Shown here piece after piece: positions 38,527 through 49,420 of a stretch of 64,000 bases of DNA (position 1 is the first letter of the stretch; each line of letters opens with the position of its first letter). The notes below the pieces were generated by a model. That model was not told the DNA's origin and did no database searches. It saw only the letters and a program-made list of their open reading frames with translations. The position numbers were made by a program, and so were the translations under genes. The DNA comes from Escherichia phage EO1: the sequence record OQ223305.1. One strand, given 5' to 3'.

Positions 38527-39176
38527 TTAAACTCCGCATGCCTGCTGGTGGTGAAAGATATATTGATGGTAAATCAGTTTATAAATTATACTTAATGATA
38601 AAACAGCATATGAATGGAAAGTATGATGTTATTAAGTATAATTGGTGCATGCGGGTGTCTGATGCCGCTTATCAAAAGCGAAGGGATAAGTATTTTTTCC
38701 AGAAGTTATCAGAAAAATATAAATTAAAGGAACTTGCTTTAATCTTTATAAGTAATTTGGTTGCTAACCAAGATGCTTGGATTGGTGACATCTCTGACGC
38801 TGATGCACTTGTGTTTTATCGTGAATATATCGGACGCTTAAAGCAAATTAAATTTAAGTTTGAAGAAGATATTCGCAATATTTACTATTTTAGTAAAAAA
38901 GTTGAAGTTTCTGCTTTTAAAGAAATCTTTGAGTATAATCCAAAAGTTCAATCAAGTTATATTTTTAAACTACTTCAATCGAATATAATTTCGTTTGAGA
39001 CGTTTATCTTGCTTGATTCGTTTTTAAATATAATTGATAAACATGATGAACAGACTGATAATTTAGTCTGGAATAATTATTCTATAAAGTTAAAGGCTTA
39101 TAGAAAAATTTTAAATATTGATTCACAGAAAGCTAAAAATGTTTTCATTGAAACTGTGAAATCTTGTAAGTATTGA
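38523..39176 (+). CDS. 59: helicase loader gp59
   Basis: 217 aa, same length as T4 gp59; adjacent to gene 32 region. Confidence 0.8.
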   Translation: MIKLRMPAGGERYIDGKSVYKLYLMIKQHMNGKYDVIKYNWCMRVSDAAYQKRRDKYFFQKLSEKYKLKELALIFISNLVANQDAWIGDISDADALVFYREYIGRLKQIKFKFEEDIRNIYYFSKKVEVSAFKEIFEYNPKVQSSYIFKLLQSNIISFETFILLDSFLNIIDKHDEQTDNLVWNNYSIKLKAYRKILNIDSQKAKNVFIETVKSCKY

Positions 39177-39177
39177 T

Positions 39178-39810
39178 ATGAATATAGTATATTGGTTTAC
39201 ATTTGAAGACCGTGTCAAAAATAAGACTCCACCATACTACTATATCGGTAGTAAATTAAATTGCTCATTTGAGAACGGAATAATATATGACTCTTCCGGA
39301 AAGGAATACTGGAGCTCATGTAAACAAAAAAGATTTTTGAATGCGCTAATGCTTCAAAAACCGAGCGTTAAAATAATTCAAATTGATGATGACTTGGATG
39401 TTATTGAAGCAGAACGAAAATACCAACTTGAAGTAAATGCCAGAGATAATCCAGACTATTTTAATCTGGTATATGCTGGTGGTGGATTTGGTGTGAGTGG
39501 TGAAACTCATCCAGCCAAAGACCCGGAAGTTAGAGAGCATATGAGATTGGCTAATTATATGAACCGTGACGATTTTAGACCTTGGAAAACATCACGAGCT
39601 AATATAGAGTCTTGGAAATTATCTCATATTGCTTACGAGAATTATGTGTTATTATTATCCTCTAATCTGTACGGTAAAACTCCTGGATGGCGAAGAGTTA
39701 AAGGTAATATAAATATAACTGATACAACTGCTAAATCGATGGTAAAGTATTTCAACTCAGGTTGGATACCTCTCGAAGACCCAGAGTATTGCAAATTATG
39801 CCAGCTATGA
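39178..39810 (+). CDS. GIY-YIG family free-standing homing endonuclease (SegG-like by position)
   Basis: 210 aa; N-terminal IVYWFTFEDRVKNKTPPYYYIGSK (GIY...YIG-type); inserted between 59 and 32. Confidence 0.6.
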   Translation: MNIVYWFTFEDRVKNKTPPYYYIGSKLNCSFENGIIYDSSGKEYWSSCKQKRFLNALMLQKPSVKIIQIDDDLDVIEAERKYQLEVNARDNPDYFNLVYAGGGFGVSGETHPAKDPEVREHMRLANYMNRDDFRPWKTSRANIESWKLSHIAYENYVLLLSSNLYGKTPGWRRVKGNINITDTTAKSMVKYFNSGWIPLEDPEYCKLCQL

Positions 39811-39864
39811 GGTAAAGTGTCATAGCACCAACTGTTAATTAAATTAAGTTAAAAAGGAAATAAA
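39804..39864 (+). promoter_or_regulatory. gene 32 translational operator region (hairpin plus AU-rich unstructured leader)
   Basis: GCTATGA/TCATAGC hairpin 39804-39826, then TTAATTAAATTAAGTTAAAAAGGAAATAAA before ATG. Confidence 0.55.
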
Positions 39865-40797
39865 ATGTTTAAACGTAAATCTACTGCTGAACTTGCTGCA
39901 CAAATGGCTAAACTGAATGGCAATAAAGGTTTTTCTTCTGAAGATAAAGGCGAGTGGAAACTGAAACTCGATAATGCGGGTAACGGTCAAGCAGTAATTC
40001 GTTTTCTTCCGTCTAAAAATGATGAACAAGCACCATTCGCAATTCTTGTAAATCACGGTTTCAAGAAAAATGGTAAATGGTATATTGAAACATGTTCATC
40101 TACCCACGGTGATTACGATTCTTGTCCAGTATGTCAGTACATCAGTAAAAATGATTTATACAACACTGACAATAAAGAGTACGGTCTTGTTAAACGTAAA
40201 ACTTCTTACTGGGCTAACATTCTTGTAGTAAAAGACCCAGCTGCTCCAGAAAATGAAGGTAAAGTATTTAAATACCGTTTCGGTAAGAAAATCTGGGATA
40301 AAATCAATGCAATGATTGCAGTTGATGTTGAAATGGGTGAAACTCCGGTTGATGTAACTTGTCCGTGGGAAGGTGCTAACTTTGTACTGAAAGTTAAACA
40401 AGTTTCTGGTTTTAGTAACTACGACGAATCTAAATTCCTGAATCAATCTGCGATTCCAAACATTGATGATGAATCTTTCCAGAAAGAACTGTTCGAACAA
40501 ATGGTTGACCTTTCTGAAATGACTTCTAAAGATAAATTCAAATCGTTTGAAGAACTGAGCACTAAGTTCAGTCAAGTTATGGGAACTGCTGCTATGGGCG
40601 GTGCCGCAGCAACTGCCGCTAAGAAAGCTGATAAAGTTGCTGATGATTTGGATGCATTCAATGTTGATGACTTCAAAACAAAAACTGAAGATGATTTTAT
40701 GAGCTCAAGCTCTGGCAGTTCATCTGGTGCTGATGACACGGACCTCCTTGTCCTTCCATGGTACTATACAACTATCGGCAATACTGCTGATGATTAA
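39865..40797 (+). CDS. 32: ssDNA-binding protein gp32 (variant C-terminus)
   Basis: 310 aa; [23 protein letters not shown]; zinc site [10 protein letters not shown]; ends ...[22 protein letters not shown]. Confidence 0.92.
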
Positions 40798-40810
40798 AGA
40801 GGAAAATAAT

Positions 40811-41041
40811 ATGGCTAAAGTTGATATTGACATCGTTGATTTTGAATATATTGAAGAGATTATTCGTAATCGTTATCCTGAACTTAGTATCACAAGTATT
40901 CATGATGATCCCAATTATTGCAATTTTTCTATTGTCATTGAAGGTCCTCTTGAAGACCTCACCCGCTTTATGGCTAATGAATATTGTGATGGCATGGATT
41001 CTGAAGACGCAGAATTTTACATGGGACTGATTGAACAATAA
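40811..41041 (+). CDS. hypothetical acidic protein, 76 aa
   Basis: ATG 40811 with GAGGAAAA RBS (track start 40727 is alternative). Confidence 0.5.
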   Translation: MAKVDIDIVDFEYIEEIIRNRYPELSITSIHDDPNYCNFSIVIEGPLEDLTRFMANEYCDGMDSEDAEFYMGLIEQ

Positions 41042-41048
41042 TTATCAA

Positions 41049-41067
41049 GGGGCTATTTGATAGCCCC
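41049..41067 (+). terminator. hairpin, possible terminator
   Basis: GGGGCTA-TTTGA-TAGCCCC; weak T tract. Confidence 0.4.
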
Positions 41068-41087
41068 GTTAAAATGAGGAAATCAAA

Positions 41088-41474
41088 GTGGAAGTTGGAA
41101 AAACTTATATCATTAACCCTTTATTTAAAAATGACTTTGCTAACGAGTGCCGTTGCAATGTAATGATGCTAAATTTAATAGAGAAGCACGGACCTAGTTT
41201 TGTTGTAGATGAAATGGAAAGTGATGATTGTGCTGGTGAATGTGTGGTACGTGTAACTATGGAAGATGGTACTGAATACATGGCGGGTGGCCCACTTGAG
41301 ACGTATTTTGAGATTTACTCTGAAGAATTCAAATACTTTACTGAGGTAACTTTAGAAAAGCCTCAATCCGCTAATGAAGGTATAGTTTCTGGCGTAACAA
41401 AAATTCACTGCATTGTTGACGAAAACAATGTAGATGAAATCATTGAACTTTTGCGAAAAACTTTTAAGGCCTAA
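41088..41474 (+). CDS. hypothetical protein, 128 aa, probable GTG start
   Basis: ORF in track; GAGGA 7 nt upstream of GTG 41088. Confidence 0.5.
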   Translation: MEVGKTYIINPLFKNDFANECRCNVMMLNLIEKHGPSFVVDEMESDDCAGECVVRVTMEDGTEYMAGGPLETYFEIYSEEFKYFTEVTLEKPQSANEGIVSGVTKIHCIVDENNVDEIIELLRKTFKA

Positions 41475-41475
41475 T

Positions 41476-41736
41476 ATGACTAAAGATGATTTCCTGGATG
41501 CGGTAGAAAAAGCTAGTGAGAAATTTGAAGTGATGGGTGTACGGGTCCATAAAGACAGAAATTACGGACTCGATATTCAAACGTATTCGTTATGGCTTGT
41601 GGGTGAACACAGTCTTGTAACCAGTTTAGTTATGGGTGTCGATACCTATCCTCTATTGGTTAAGTTCAGAAGTATGGAAAAGGCTACTAAAGAAATGATT
41701 AAGCTTGGTAAGTGGCTCGATAAAATTCAAAAATAA
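41476..41736 (+). CDS. hypothetical protein, 86 aa
   Basis: ATG 41476 directly after upstream stop. Confidence 0.5.
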   Translation: MTKDDFLDAVEKASEKFEVMGVRVHKDRNYGLDIQTYSLWLVGEHSLVTSLVMGVDTYPLLVKFRSMEKATKEMIKLGKWLDKIQK

Positions 41737-41738
41737 TT

Positions 41739-41769
41739 GTTTACAACAGGGTAGTAGTGTGATACTATT
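41739..41769 (+). promoter_or_regulatory. T4-type early promoter with stem-loop around -10
   Basis: GTTTAC 41739-41744; AGGGTA (41748-41753) pairs with TACCCT (41769-41774) around TACTAT. Confidence 0.55.
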
Positions 41770-41794
41770 ACCCTATCAACTTGAGGAGAATAAA

Positions 41795-42037
41795 ATGAGA
41801 TTACAACGCCAGAGCATCAAAGATTCAGAAGTTAGAGGTAAATGGTATTTTAATATCATCGGTAAAGATTCTGAACTCATTGAAAAAGCTGAACATCTTT
41901 TACGTGATATGGGATGGGAAGATGAATGCGATGGATGTCCTCTTTATGAAGACGGAGAAAGCGCAGGATTCTGGATTTATCATTCTGACGTCGAGCAGTT
42001 TAAAGCTGATTGGAAAATTGTGAAAAAGTCTATTTGA
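41795..42037 (+). CDS. hypothetical protein, 80 aa
   Basis: ATG 41795 with GAGGAGA RBS. Confidence 0.5.
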   Translation: MRLQRQSIKDSEVRGKWYFNIIGKDSELIEKAEHLLRDMGWEDECDGCPLYEDGESAGFWIYHSDVEQFKADWKIVKKSI

Positions 42038-42047
42038 GGAAAATATT

Positions 42048-42407
42048 ATGTCTGACATTCATGTAGCTGGAATTGCTCGAGTAAGTATTCGTTGCCAACT
42101 TAAAACTGTACCCGGGACGGCTTATATTAATTTATCACACGACCTATGTTCTAGTGAAAGACCATTAACTGGTGTAATTACGTTTTACGCTGGAGTTGGC
42201 GGAAACGAATTTACTGTAGGCGAATTTGTTGGTCATAAATTAAAAGTTCAGAAGAATGTGTTAGAACTTTTTAATGACCTTTATGATGATAGCGATGAAG
42301 TTTTTGATGAAATCGCACAAGCAGTTAACAAAGGAATGGTAACTTTAGTTAAAATGATTAACTCTATCGGATATGCTCCTGACCCTTTTCGATGGGAGAT
42401 AATATAA
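42048..42407 (+). CDS. hypothetical protein, 119 aa
   Basis: ORF in track. Confidence 0.55.
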   Translation: MSDIHVAGIARVSIRCQLKTVPGTAYINLSHDLCSSERPLTGVITFYAGVGGNEFTVGEFVGHKLKVQKNVLELFNDLYDDSDEVFDEIAQAVNKGMVTLVKMINSIGYAPDPFRWEII

Positions 42408-42499
42408 TTTTTGTATTTGAGTTTATGAATGATGAATTCTATTATGCAATGCTTTAAAAATTGCATAGTCTTGATTTAAATGAATTTGAGGAAAATATA

Positions 42500-43419
<920 letters not shown>

Positions 43420-43439
43420 AATAACACGTGGCGGAAAAT

Positions 43440-43787
43440 ATGAATTTTAATTATTACCCTATTCTATTAGAAAAAGACGCGAAACAACCAAAATGGCAAG
43501 GTCCTCAGTTTATTAAAGGCGTCTATCAATTAGTAGTTCCTAAAGACAAGATTTATAGCAGTTGTTTCACTGAATCCGCTTGTAGTATTTTCGGTAATAG
43601 TTCTCCGTATTGGAATTTTGATATAAAGCTTGACAGAAATATCGATATTTGGTTGAAAGCTATGGATATCGGCAATATCACGTTTGATGAGAATAATTAT
43701 CATATTATTGGTCGCTTTTCCAAGCGTGGTAAAGAATTGTATTTTACGCCTGAAATTGAAAGAAAATTTGATGCTAAACCGTATTGA
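43440..43787 (+). CDS. hypothetical protein, 115 aa, between frd and td
   Basis: ORF in track (alt start 43428); no motif recognised. Confidence 0.5.
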   Translation: MNFNYYPILLEKDAKQPKWQGPQFIKGVYQLVVPKDKIYSSCFTESACSIFGNSSPYWNFDIKLDRNIDIWLKAMDIGNITFDENNYHIIGRFSKRGKELYFTPEIERKFDAKPY

Positions 43788-43831
43788 TTATTAGCTTCAT
43801 AAAATGTATTATAATTTATATAAGGTACTAA

Positions 43832-44692
43832 ATGAAACAATACCAAGATTTAATTAAAAACATCCTTGAAAATGGTTATGAAACCGATGACCGAACGGGC
43901 ACAGGAACAATTGCTCTGTTCGGTACTAAATTGCGTTGGGATTTAACTAAAGGTTTTCCTGCAGTAACAACTAAAAAGCTCGCCTGGAATGCATGCATTG
44001 CTGAGCTAATATGGTTTTTATCAGGAAGCACAAATGTCAATGATTTGCGATTAATTCAACATGATTCATCAATTCAAGGCAAAACAGTCTGGGATGAAAA
44101 TTACGAAAATCAAGCAAAAGATTTAGGATACCATAGCGGTGAACTTGGTCCAATTTATGGAAAACAGTGGCGTGATTTTGGCGGTGTAGATCAAATTATA
44201 GAAGTTATTGATCGTATTAAAAAACTGCCAAATGATAGGCGTCAAATTGTTTCTGCGTGGAATCCAGCTGAACTTAAATATATGGCATTACCGCCTTGTC
44301 ATATGTTCTATCAGTTTAATGTGCGTAATGGATACCTTGACCTTCAGTGGTATCAACGTTCGGTAGATGTTTTCCTCGGTCTTCCATTTAATATTGCATC
44401 ATATGCTACGTTAGTTCATATTGTAGCTAAGATGTGTAATCTTATTCCGGGAGATTTGATATTTTCTGGTGGTAATACTCATATCTATATGAATCACGTA
44501 GAACAATGTAAAGAAATTTTATGTCGTGAACCTATGGATTTATGCGAATTACAATTAAAATTTCCAGATGAATTTGATGAATGGAACACAGAATCGCAGG
44601 TATTTTGGTTGAGTCAATTTGCAAAGCCTCATAATTTTGTTCTTAACAACTATGAATCACATCCTCCTATTAAAGGAAAGATGGCGGTGTAA
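43832..44692 (+). CDS. td: thymidylate synthase, intronless
   Basis: 286 aa continuous; active-site [13 protein letters not shown]; no intron interruption. Confidence 0.92.
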   Translation: MKQYQDLIKNILENGYETDDRTGTGTIALFGTKLRWDLTKGFPAVTTKKLAWNACIAELIWFLSGSTNVNDLRLIQHDSSIQGKTVWDENYENQAKDLGYHSGELGPIYGKQWRDFGGVDQIIEVIDRIKKLPNDRRQIVSAWNPAELKYMALPPCHMFYQFNVRNGYLDLQWYQRSVDVFLGLPFNIASYATLVHIVAKMCNLIPGDLIFSGGNTHIYMNHVEQCKEILCREPMDLCELQLKFPDEFDEWNTESQVFWLSQFAKPHNFVLNNYESHPPIKGKMAV

Positions 44693-44712
44693 TTTTATTA
44701 TTGCGAGGATAT

Positions 44713-44976
44713 ATGATTTTACGATTTAAAGATACTTCTGGTGTAGTTCTTTTTACACTTCCTAATCCAAGCGAGTTAGAAGTTCCAGGACCAAATCAGC
44801 CTATTATCATTTATGGCAAAAAATATTATACTCATAAAATGACTCGTGAGTATTTTGATAATAAAATTTCCACAGTTAAAACTTCTTCTGACTGTTACTA
44901 CGATATTACTGTTTTAACGGAAGAACAATATGAACACTTACAACCGCGCAGGCCGTATATGCCGAGTAGTGAATAA
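44713..44976 (+). CDS. hypothetical protein, 87 aa
   Basis: ORF in track; ATG 44713. Confidence 0.5.
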   Translation: MILRFKDTSGVVLFTLPNPSELEVPGPNQPIIIYGKKYYTHKMTREYFDNKISTVKTSSDCYYDITVLTEEQYEHLQPRRPYMPSSE

Positions 44977-45256
44977 ATATAAATCCGACTTTGATGTTAA
45001 TATTCACCGTGGTACATTTTGGGGAAATTACGTCGGTAAAGATGCTGGCAGCCGGGAGGCTGCCATTGAATTATTCAAAAAAGATTTTATACGTCGAATT
45101 AAATCCGGAGAAATAACTAAAGCACATTTAGAGCCTTTACGTGGAATGAGGCTAGGATGCACATGTAAACCAAAGCCGTGTCATGGTGATATAATAGCTC
45201 ATATAGTTAACCGATTGTTTAAAGACGATTTTCAAGTTGAGGACTTATGCAATTAA
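44930..45256 (+). CDS. hypothetical protein, 108 aa, with C-x-C-x-P-x-P-C-H-G-D signature
   Basis: [18 protein letters not shown] near C-terminus; overlaps neighbours at both ends. Confidence 0.55.
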   Translation: MNTYNRAGRICRVVNKYKSDFDVNIHRGTFWGNYVGKDAGSREAAIELFKKDFIRRIKSGEITKAHLEPLRGMRLGCTCKPKPCHGDIIAHIVNRLFKDDFQVEDLCN

Positions 45257-47511
45257 TTAATGTTATCAAAAGTAGTGGTGTTTCTCAGAGCTTTGACCCA
45301 CAAAAAATTATTAAAGTTTTATCTTGGGCAGCTGAAGGAACATCTGTAGATCCTTATGAATTATATGAAAATATTAAATCATATCTCCGTGATGGAATGA
45401 CAACTGATGATATTCAGACTATTGTCATTAAGGCCGCTGCGAATTCTATTTCGGTTGAAGAACCTGATTATCAATATGTAGCTGCACGCTGTTTAATGTT
45501 TGCTCTTCGTAAGCATGTTTATGGGCAGTATGAACCACGTTCATTTATTGACCATATTTCTTACTGTGTAAATGAAGGTAAATATGACCCTGAATTATTG
45601 TCAAAATATTCAGCAGAAGAAATTACATTTTTAGAATCAAAAATTAAGCATGAGCGGGATATGGAATTTACTTATTCCGGGGCGATGCAATTAAAAGAAA
45701 AATATCTAGTTAAAGATAAAACCACTGGTCAAATTTATGAAACTCCACAGTTTGCATTTATGACTATTGGAATGGCATTGCATCAAGATGAACCTGTTGA
45801 TAGATTAAAACATGTTATTCGTTTTTATGAAGCAGTATCCACTCGACAGATTTCACTGCCAACTCCTATTATGGCTGGTTGCCGTACTCCAACTCGGCAG
45901 TTTAGTTCATGCGTTGTTATTGAGGCAGGTGATTCATTAAAGTCTATCAATAAGGCTTCCGCTTCAATTGTTGAATATATCTCTAAACGCGCTGGAATTG
46001 GTATTAACGTTGGTATGATTCGTGCTGAAGGTTCTAAGATTGGCATGGGTGAAGTACGCCATACTGGTGTTATTCCTTTTTGGAAACATTTTCAGACTGC
46101 TGTTAAATCATGTTCACAGGGTGGAATTCGTGGCGGCGCTGCTACTGCTTATTATCCTATTTGGCATTTGGAAGTTGAAAATCTTCTTGTTTTGAAAAAT
46201 AACAAAGGCGTAGAAGAAAACCGCATTCGTCATATGGATTATGGTGTTCAACTGAATGATTTGATGATGGAACGATTCGGAAAGAACGATTACATTACTT
46301 TGTTCAGTCCGCATGAAATGGGTGGAGAGCTTTATTATTCTTATTTTAAAGACCAAGACCGTTTCCGTGAATTATACGAAGCAGCAGAAAAAGACCCTAA
46401 TATTCGTAAAAAGCGTATTAAAGCCCGTGAACTATTTGAATTGCTCATGACTGAACGCTCAGGAACAGCAAGGATTTATGTGCAGTTCATTGATAATACG
46501 AATAACTATACTCCGTTTATTCGTGAAAAGGCACCTATTCGTCAGAGTAACTTGTGCTGTGAAATTGCTATTCCAACAAATGATGTGAATAGCTCTGATG
46601 CTGAAATTGGATTGTGCACGTTATCTGCATTTGTGCTGGATAACTTCGATTGGCAAGACCAAGATAAAATTAATGAATTAGCAGAAGTTCAAGTTCGTGC
46701 TCTTGATAATCTTTTGGATTACCAAGGATATCCAGTTCCTGAAGCAGAAAAAGCTAAAAAGCGTCGTAACCTCGGTATAGGTGTTACTAACTATGCAGCT
46801 TGGCTGGCAAGTAACTTTGCTTCTTATGAAGATGCTAACGATTTAACACATGAACTATTTGAGAGATTACAGTATGGACTCATTAAAGCATCCATTAAGC
46901 TCGCCAAAGAAAAAGGACCTTGCGAATATTATTCAGACACTCGTTGGTCTCGAGGCGAATTACCTATCGACTGGTACAATAAAAAGATTGACCAAATCGC
47001 AGCTCCAAAATACGTTTGTGACTGGTCGTCGCTGCGGGAAGACCTTAAGCTCTTTGGCATCCGTAATAGCACACTATCAGCACTTATGCCATGTGAGTCA
47101 TCTTCCCAAGTTTCTAACAGTACAAACGGTATCGAGCCTCCACGTGGACCAGTCTCTGTTAAAGAATCAAAAGAGGGCTCCTTTAATCAAGTCGTGCCCA
47201 ATATTGAGCATAACATAGACCTCTATGATTATACATGGAAATTAGCTAAGAAAGGTAATAAACCTTATCTTACGCAGGTAGCTATTATGCTAAAATGGGT
47301 TTGTCAATCAGCTTCGGCGAATACATATTATGACCCGCAGATTTTTCCAAAAGGAAAGGTTCCAATGTCTGTAATGATTGATGACATGCTATACGGATGG
47401 TATTATGGCATTAAAAACTTCTATTATCATAATACTCGTGATGGTTCCGGTACTGATGATTACGAAATAGAAACTCCAAAAGCCGATGATTGCGCAGCGT
47501 GTAAATTGTAA
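45247..47511 (+). CDS. nrdA: ribonucleotide reductase class Ia large subunit
   Basis: 754 aa; active-site SNLCCEI; C-terminal DCAACKL. Confidence 0.93.
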   Translation: MQLINVIKSSGVSQSFDPQKIIKVLSWAAEGTSVDPYELYENIKSYLRDGMTTDDIQTIVIKAAANSISVEEPDYQYVAARCLMFALRKHVYGQYEPRSFIDHISYCVNEGKYDPELLSKYSAEEITFLESKIKHERDMEFTYSGAMQLKEKYLVKDKTTGQIYETPQFAFMTIGMALHQDEPVDRLKHVIRFYEAVSTRQISLPTPIMAGCRTPTRQFSSCVVIEAGDSLKSINKASASIVEYISKRAGIGINVGMIRAEGSKIGMGEVRHTGVIPFWKHFQTAVKSCSQGGIRGGAATAYYPIWHLEVENLLVLKNNKGVEENRIRHMDYGVQLNDLMMERFGKNDYITLFSPHEMGGELYYSYFKDQDRFRELYEAAEKDPNIRKKRIKARELFELLMTERSGTARIYVQFIDNTNNYTPFIREKAPIRQSNLCCEIAIPTNDVNSSDAEIGLCTLSAFVLDNFDWQDQDKINELAEVQVRALDNLLDYQGYPVPEAEKAKKRRNLGIGVTNYAAWLASNFASYEDANDLTHELFERLQYGLIKASIKLAKEKGPCEYYSDTRWSRGELPIDWYNKKIDQIAAPKYVCDWSSLREDLKLFGIRNSTLSALMPCESSSQVSNSTNGIEPPRGPVSVKESKEGSFNQVVPNIEHNIDLYDYTWKLAKKGNKPYLTQVAIMLKWVCQSASANTYYDPQIFPKGKVPMSVMIDDMLYGWYYGIKNFYYHNTRDGSGTDDYEIETPKADDCAACKL

Positions 47512-48242
47512 TGAATTATCAAAAAATTTATAACGACCTAATTTCCCGAGCTCAGGCTCGGGAATCTTTATCAGAATATAAAGAGACACATCATATAATC
47601 CCTAGATGTATGGGAGGTTCTGATGATAAGGAAAATTTAGTTGAATTAACAGCCAGAGAACATTTTATAGCTCATCTACTACTATGTAAGATAAATGAAG
47701 GCCATTTTGGGCTTGCCTCTGCGTTAACGTTAATGGCAACAGATAAAGCTGGCAATAGAATTAATAACAGATTGTACAGCTTACACAGAAAATTATTTGC
47801 TAAAGCTAATTCTGAGTTCTTTAAGAAATATTGGAAAAATAATCCTCATCCTAAAGGAATGTTAGGCAAGCATCATAAAAACGAAACCAAACAGCATGTA
47901 TCAAAAGTGAATAGATACGCATGCCCATCTATAGAAATACATAAATTCTCATTAGATGGGGATTTCATAGAAACCTTTCACTCTATTGCAGCAGCGTCCC
48001 GGTCAGTTAATGGAAACGGGTCAAATATCAAATATTGCGCCGAGGGTAAATTTCAATATGCTTATGGATTTAGATGGTCATATCAACTTGATGCAAAGTT
48101 TGACAAAATAAAACCAAGAGATTATAAAGGAATCCGCGGTAAGAAATGGATTAATAATGGAAGTGAATGCACGCTTATAGGTAAAGATGATATTATACCG
48201 CCAGGTTGGAAACACGGCAGAATTTTAAAGAGGAAAAATTAA
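47511..48242 (+). CDS. HNH family free-standing homing endonuclease (Mob-like)
   Basis: 243 aa; HNH motif THHIIPRCMGGSDDKENLVELTAREHFIAH; TAATG overlap with nrdA and ATG overlap with nrdB. Confidence 0.7.
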   Translation: MNYQKIYNDLISRAQARESLSEYKETHHIIPRCMGGSDDKENLVELTAREHFIAHLLLCKINEGHFGLASALTLMATDKAGNRINNRLYSLHRKLFAKANSEFFKKYWKNNPHPKGMLGKHHKNETKQHVSKVNRYACPSIEIHKFSLDGDFIETFHSIAAASRSVNGNGSNIKYCAEGKFQYAYGFRWSYQLDAKFDKIKPRDYKGIRGKKWINNGSECTLIGKDDIIPPGWKHGRILKRKN

Positions 48243-49420
48243 TGTCTACAGTTTTTAATACAAATCCAGTTGATGTTTTAAAAGAACCTATGTTCTTCGG
48301 TTCAGGTCTTGGTATTGCGCGTTATGATATTCAACGTCATAAAGTTTTTGAAGATTTAACTGAAAAGCAGTTGTCATTTTTCTGGCGTCCTGAAGAAGTA
48401 AACTTGATGATGGATGCTGCACAGTTTAATAAGCTTCCTCAGTACCAGCAAAATATTTTTACTAATAACCTGAAGTATCAATCACTTTTGGATAGCATTC
48501 AGGGCCGCGCGCCATCTGCCGTACTTATGTCATTAATTTCAGACCCAAGCCTTGATACATGGGTTGCTACATGGACTTTTAGTGAAACTATTCACAGTCG
48601 TTCATATACTCATATTATGCGAAATCTTTATACTGATCCGTCAAAGGTATTTGATGAAATTGTATTAGATGAAGCTATTATGAAACGTGCTGAATCCATT
48701 GGACGTTATTATGATGATGTTCTGATTAAAACTCGTTATTGGGAAAACGCTAAAGCTGATATCGAATACCAAAAAGAAATTAATGCAGACGAAGACGTTA
48801 TTGAAGATGCTATTGAGCATGAGACATATTGGAAGCATGAGCTAATGAAATCTCTTTACCTCTGTTTGCATGTAATCAACGCATTGGAAGCTATTCGTTT
48901 TTATGTATCTTTCGCATGTACCTTTAACTTCCATAAGAACATGGAAATCATGGAAGGTAATGCCAAGATTATGAAGTTCATTGCTCGTGATGAGCAGCTT
49001 CACCTTAAAGGCACCCAATATATTATTCGTCAACTTCAACTTGGCACTGATGGTGATGAATGGGTTAAAATCGCCCAAGAGTGTGAACAAGAAGCAGTTG
49101 ATATTTTCATGGAAGTTAACCGCCAAGAAAAAGATTGGGCAGTTCATTTATTTAAAGATGGCGATGTTCCTGGATTAAATACAAATAGCATGTGGAGCTT
49201 TATTGATTACTTAACTGTATCTCGTATGAAACAGTGCGGTCTTCCATGCCCAATTACCGATGCTCCGGTTAAACATCCGTATCCTTGGATTCGTGAATAT
49301 CTTAATTCTGATAATGTTCAATCCGCGCCGCAAGAAGTAGAACTGTCATCTTATCTTGTTGCACAGATTGATAATGATGTTGATGATAAAGTTATGATGA
49401 GTTTTAAAAAATACTTTTAA
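48242..49420 (+). CDS. nrdB: ribonucleotide reductase class Ia small subunit, intronless
   Basis: 392 aa from ATG 48242; MSTVFNTNPVDVLKEPMFFGSG; continuous frame. Confidence 0.9.
   Translation: MSTVFNTNPVDVLKEPMFFGSGLGIARYDIQRHKVFEDLTEKQLSFFWRPEEVNLMMDAAQFNKLPQYQQNIFTNNLKYQSLLDSIQGRAPSAVLMSLISDPSLDTWVATWTFSETIHSRSYTHIMRNLYTDPSKVFDEIVLDEAIMKRAESIGRYYDDVLIKTRYWENAKADIEYQKEINADEDVIEDAIEHETYWKHELMKSLYLCLHVINALEAIRFYVSFACTFNFHKNMEIMEGNAKIMKFIARDEQLHLKGTQYIIRQLQLGTDGDEWVKIAQECEQEAVDIFMEVNRQEKDWAVHLFKDGDVPGLNTNSMWSFIDYLTVSRMKQCGLPCPITDAPVKHPYPWIREYLNSDNVQSAPQEVELSSYLVAQIDNDVDDKVMMSFKKYF

Noticed and set aside
43832-49420. Group I introns in td or nrdB
   Set aside because: Both genes are continuous frames of the expected length, with no interruption.
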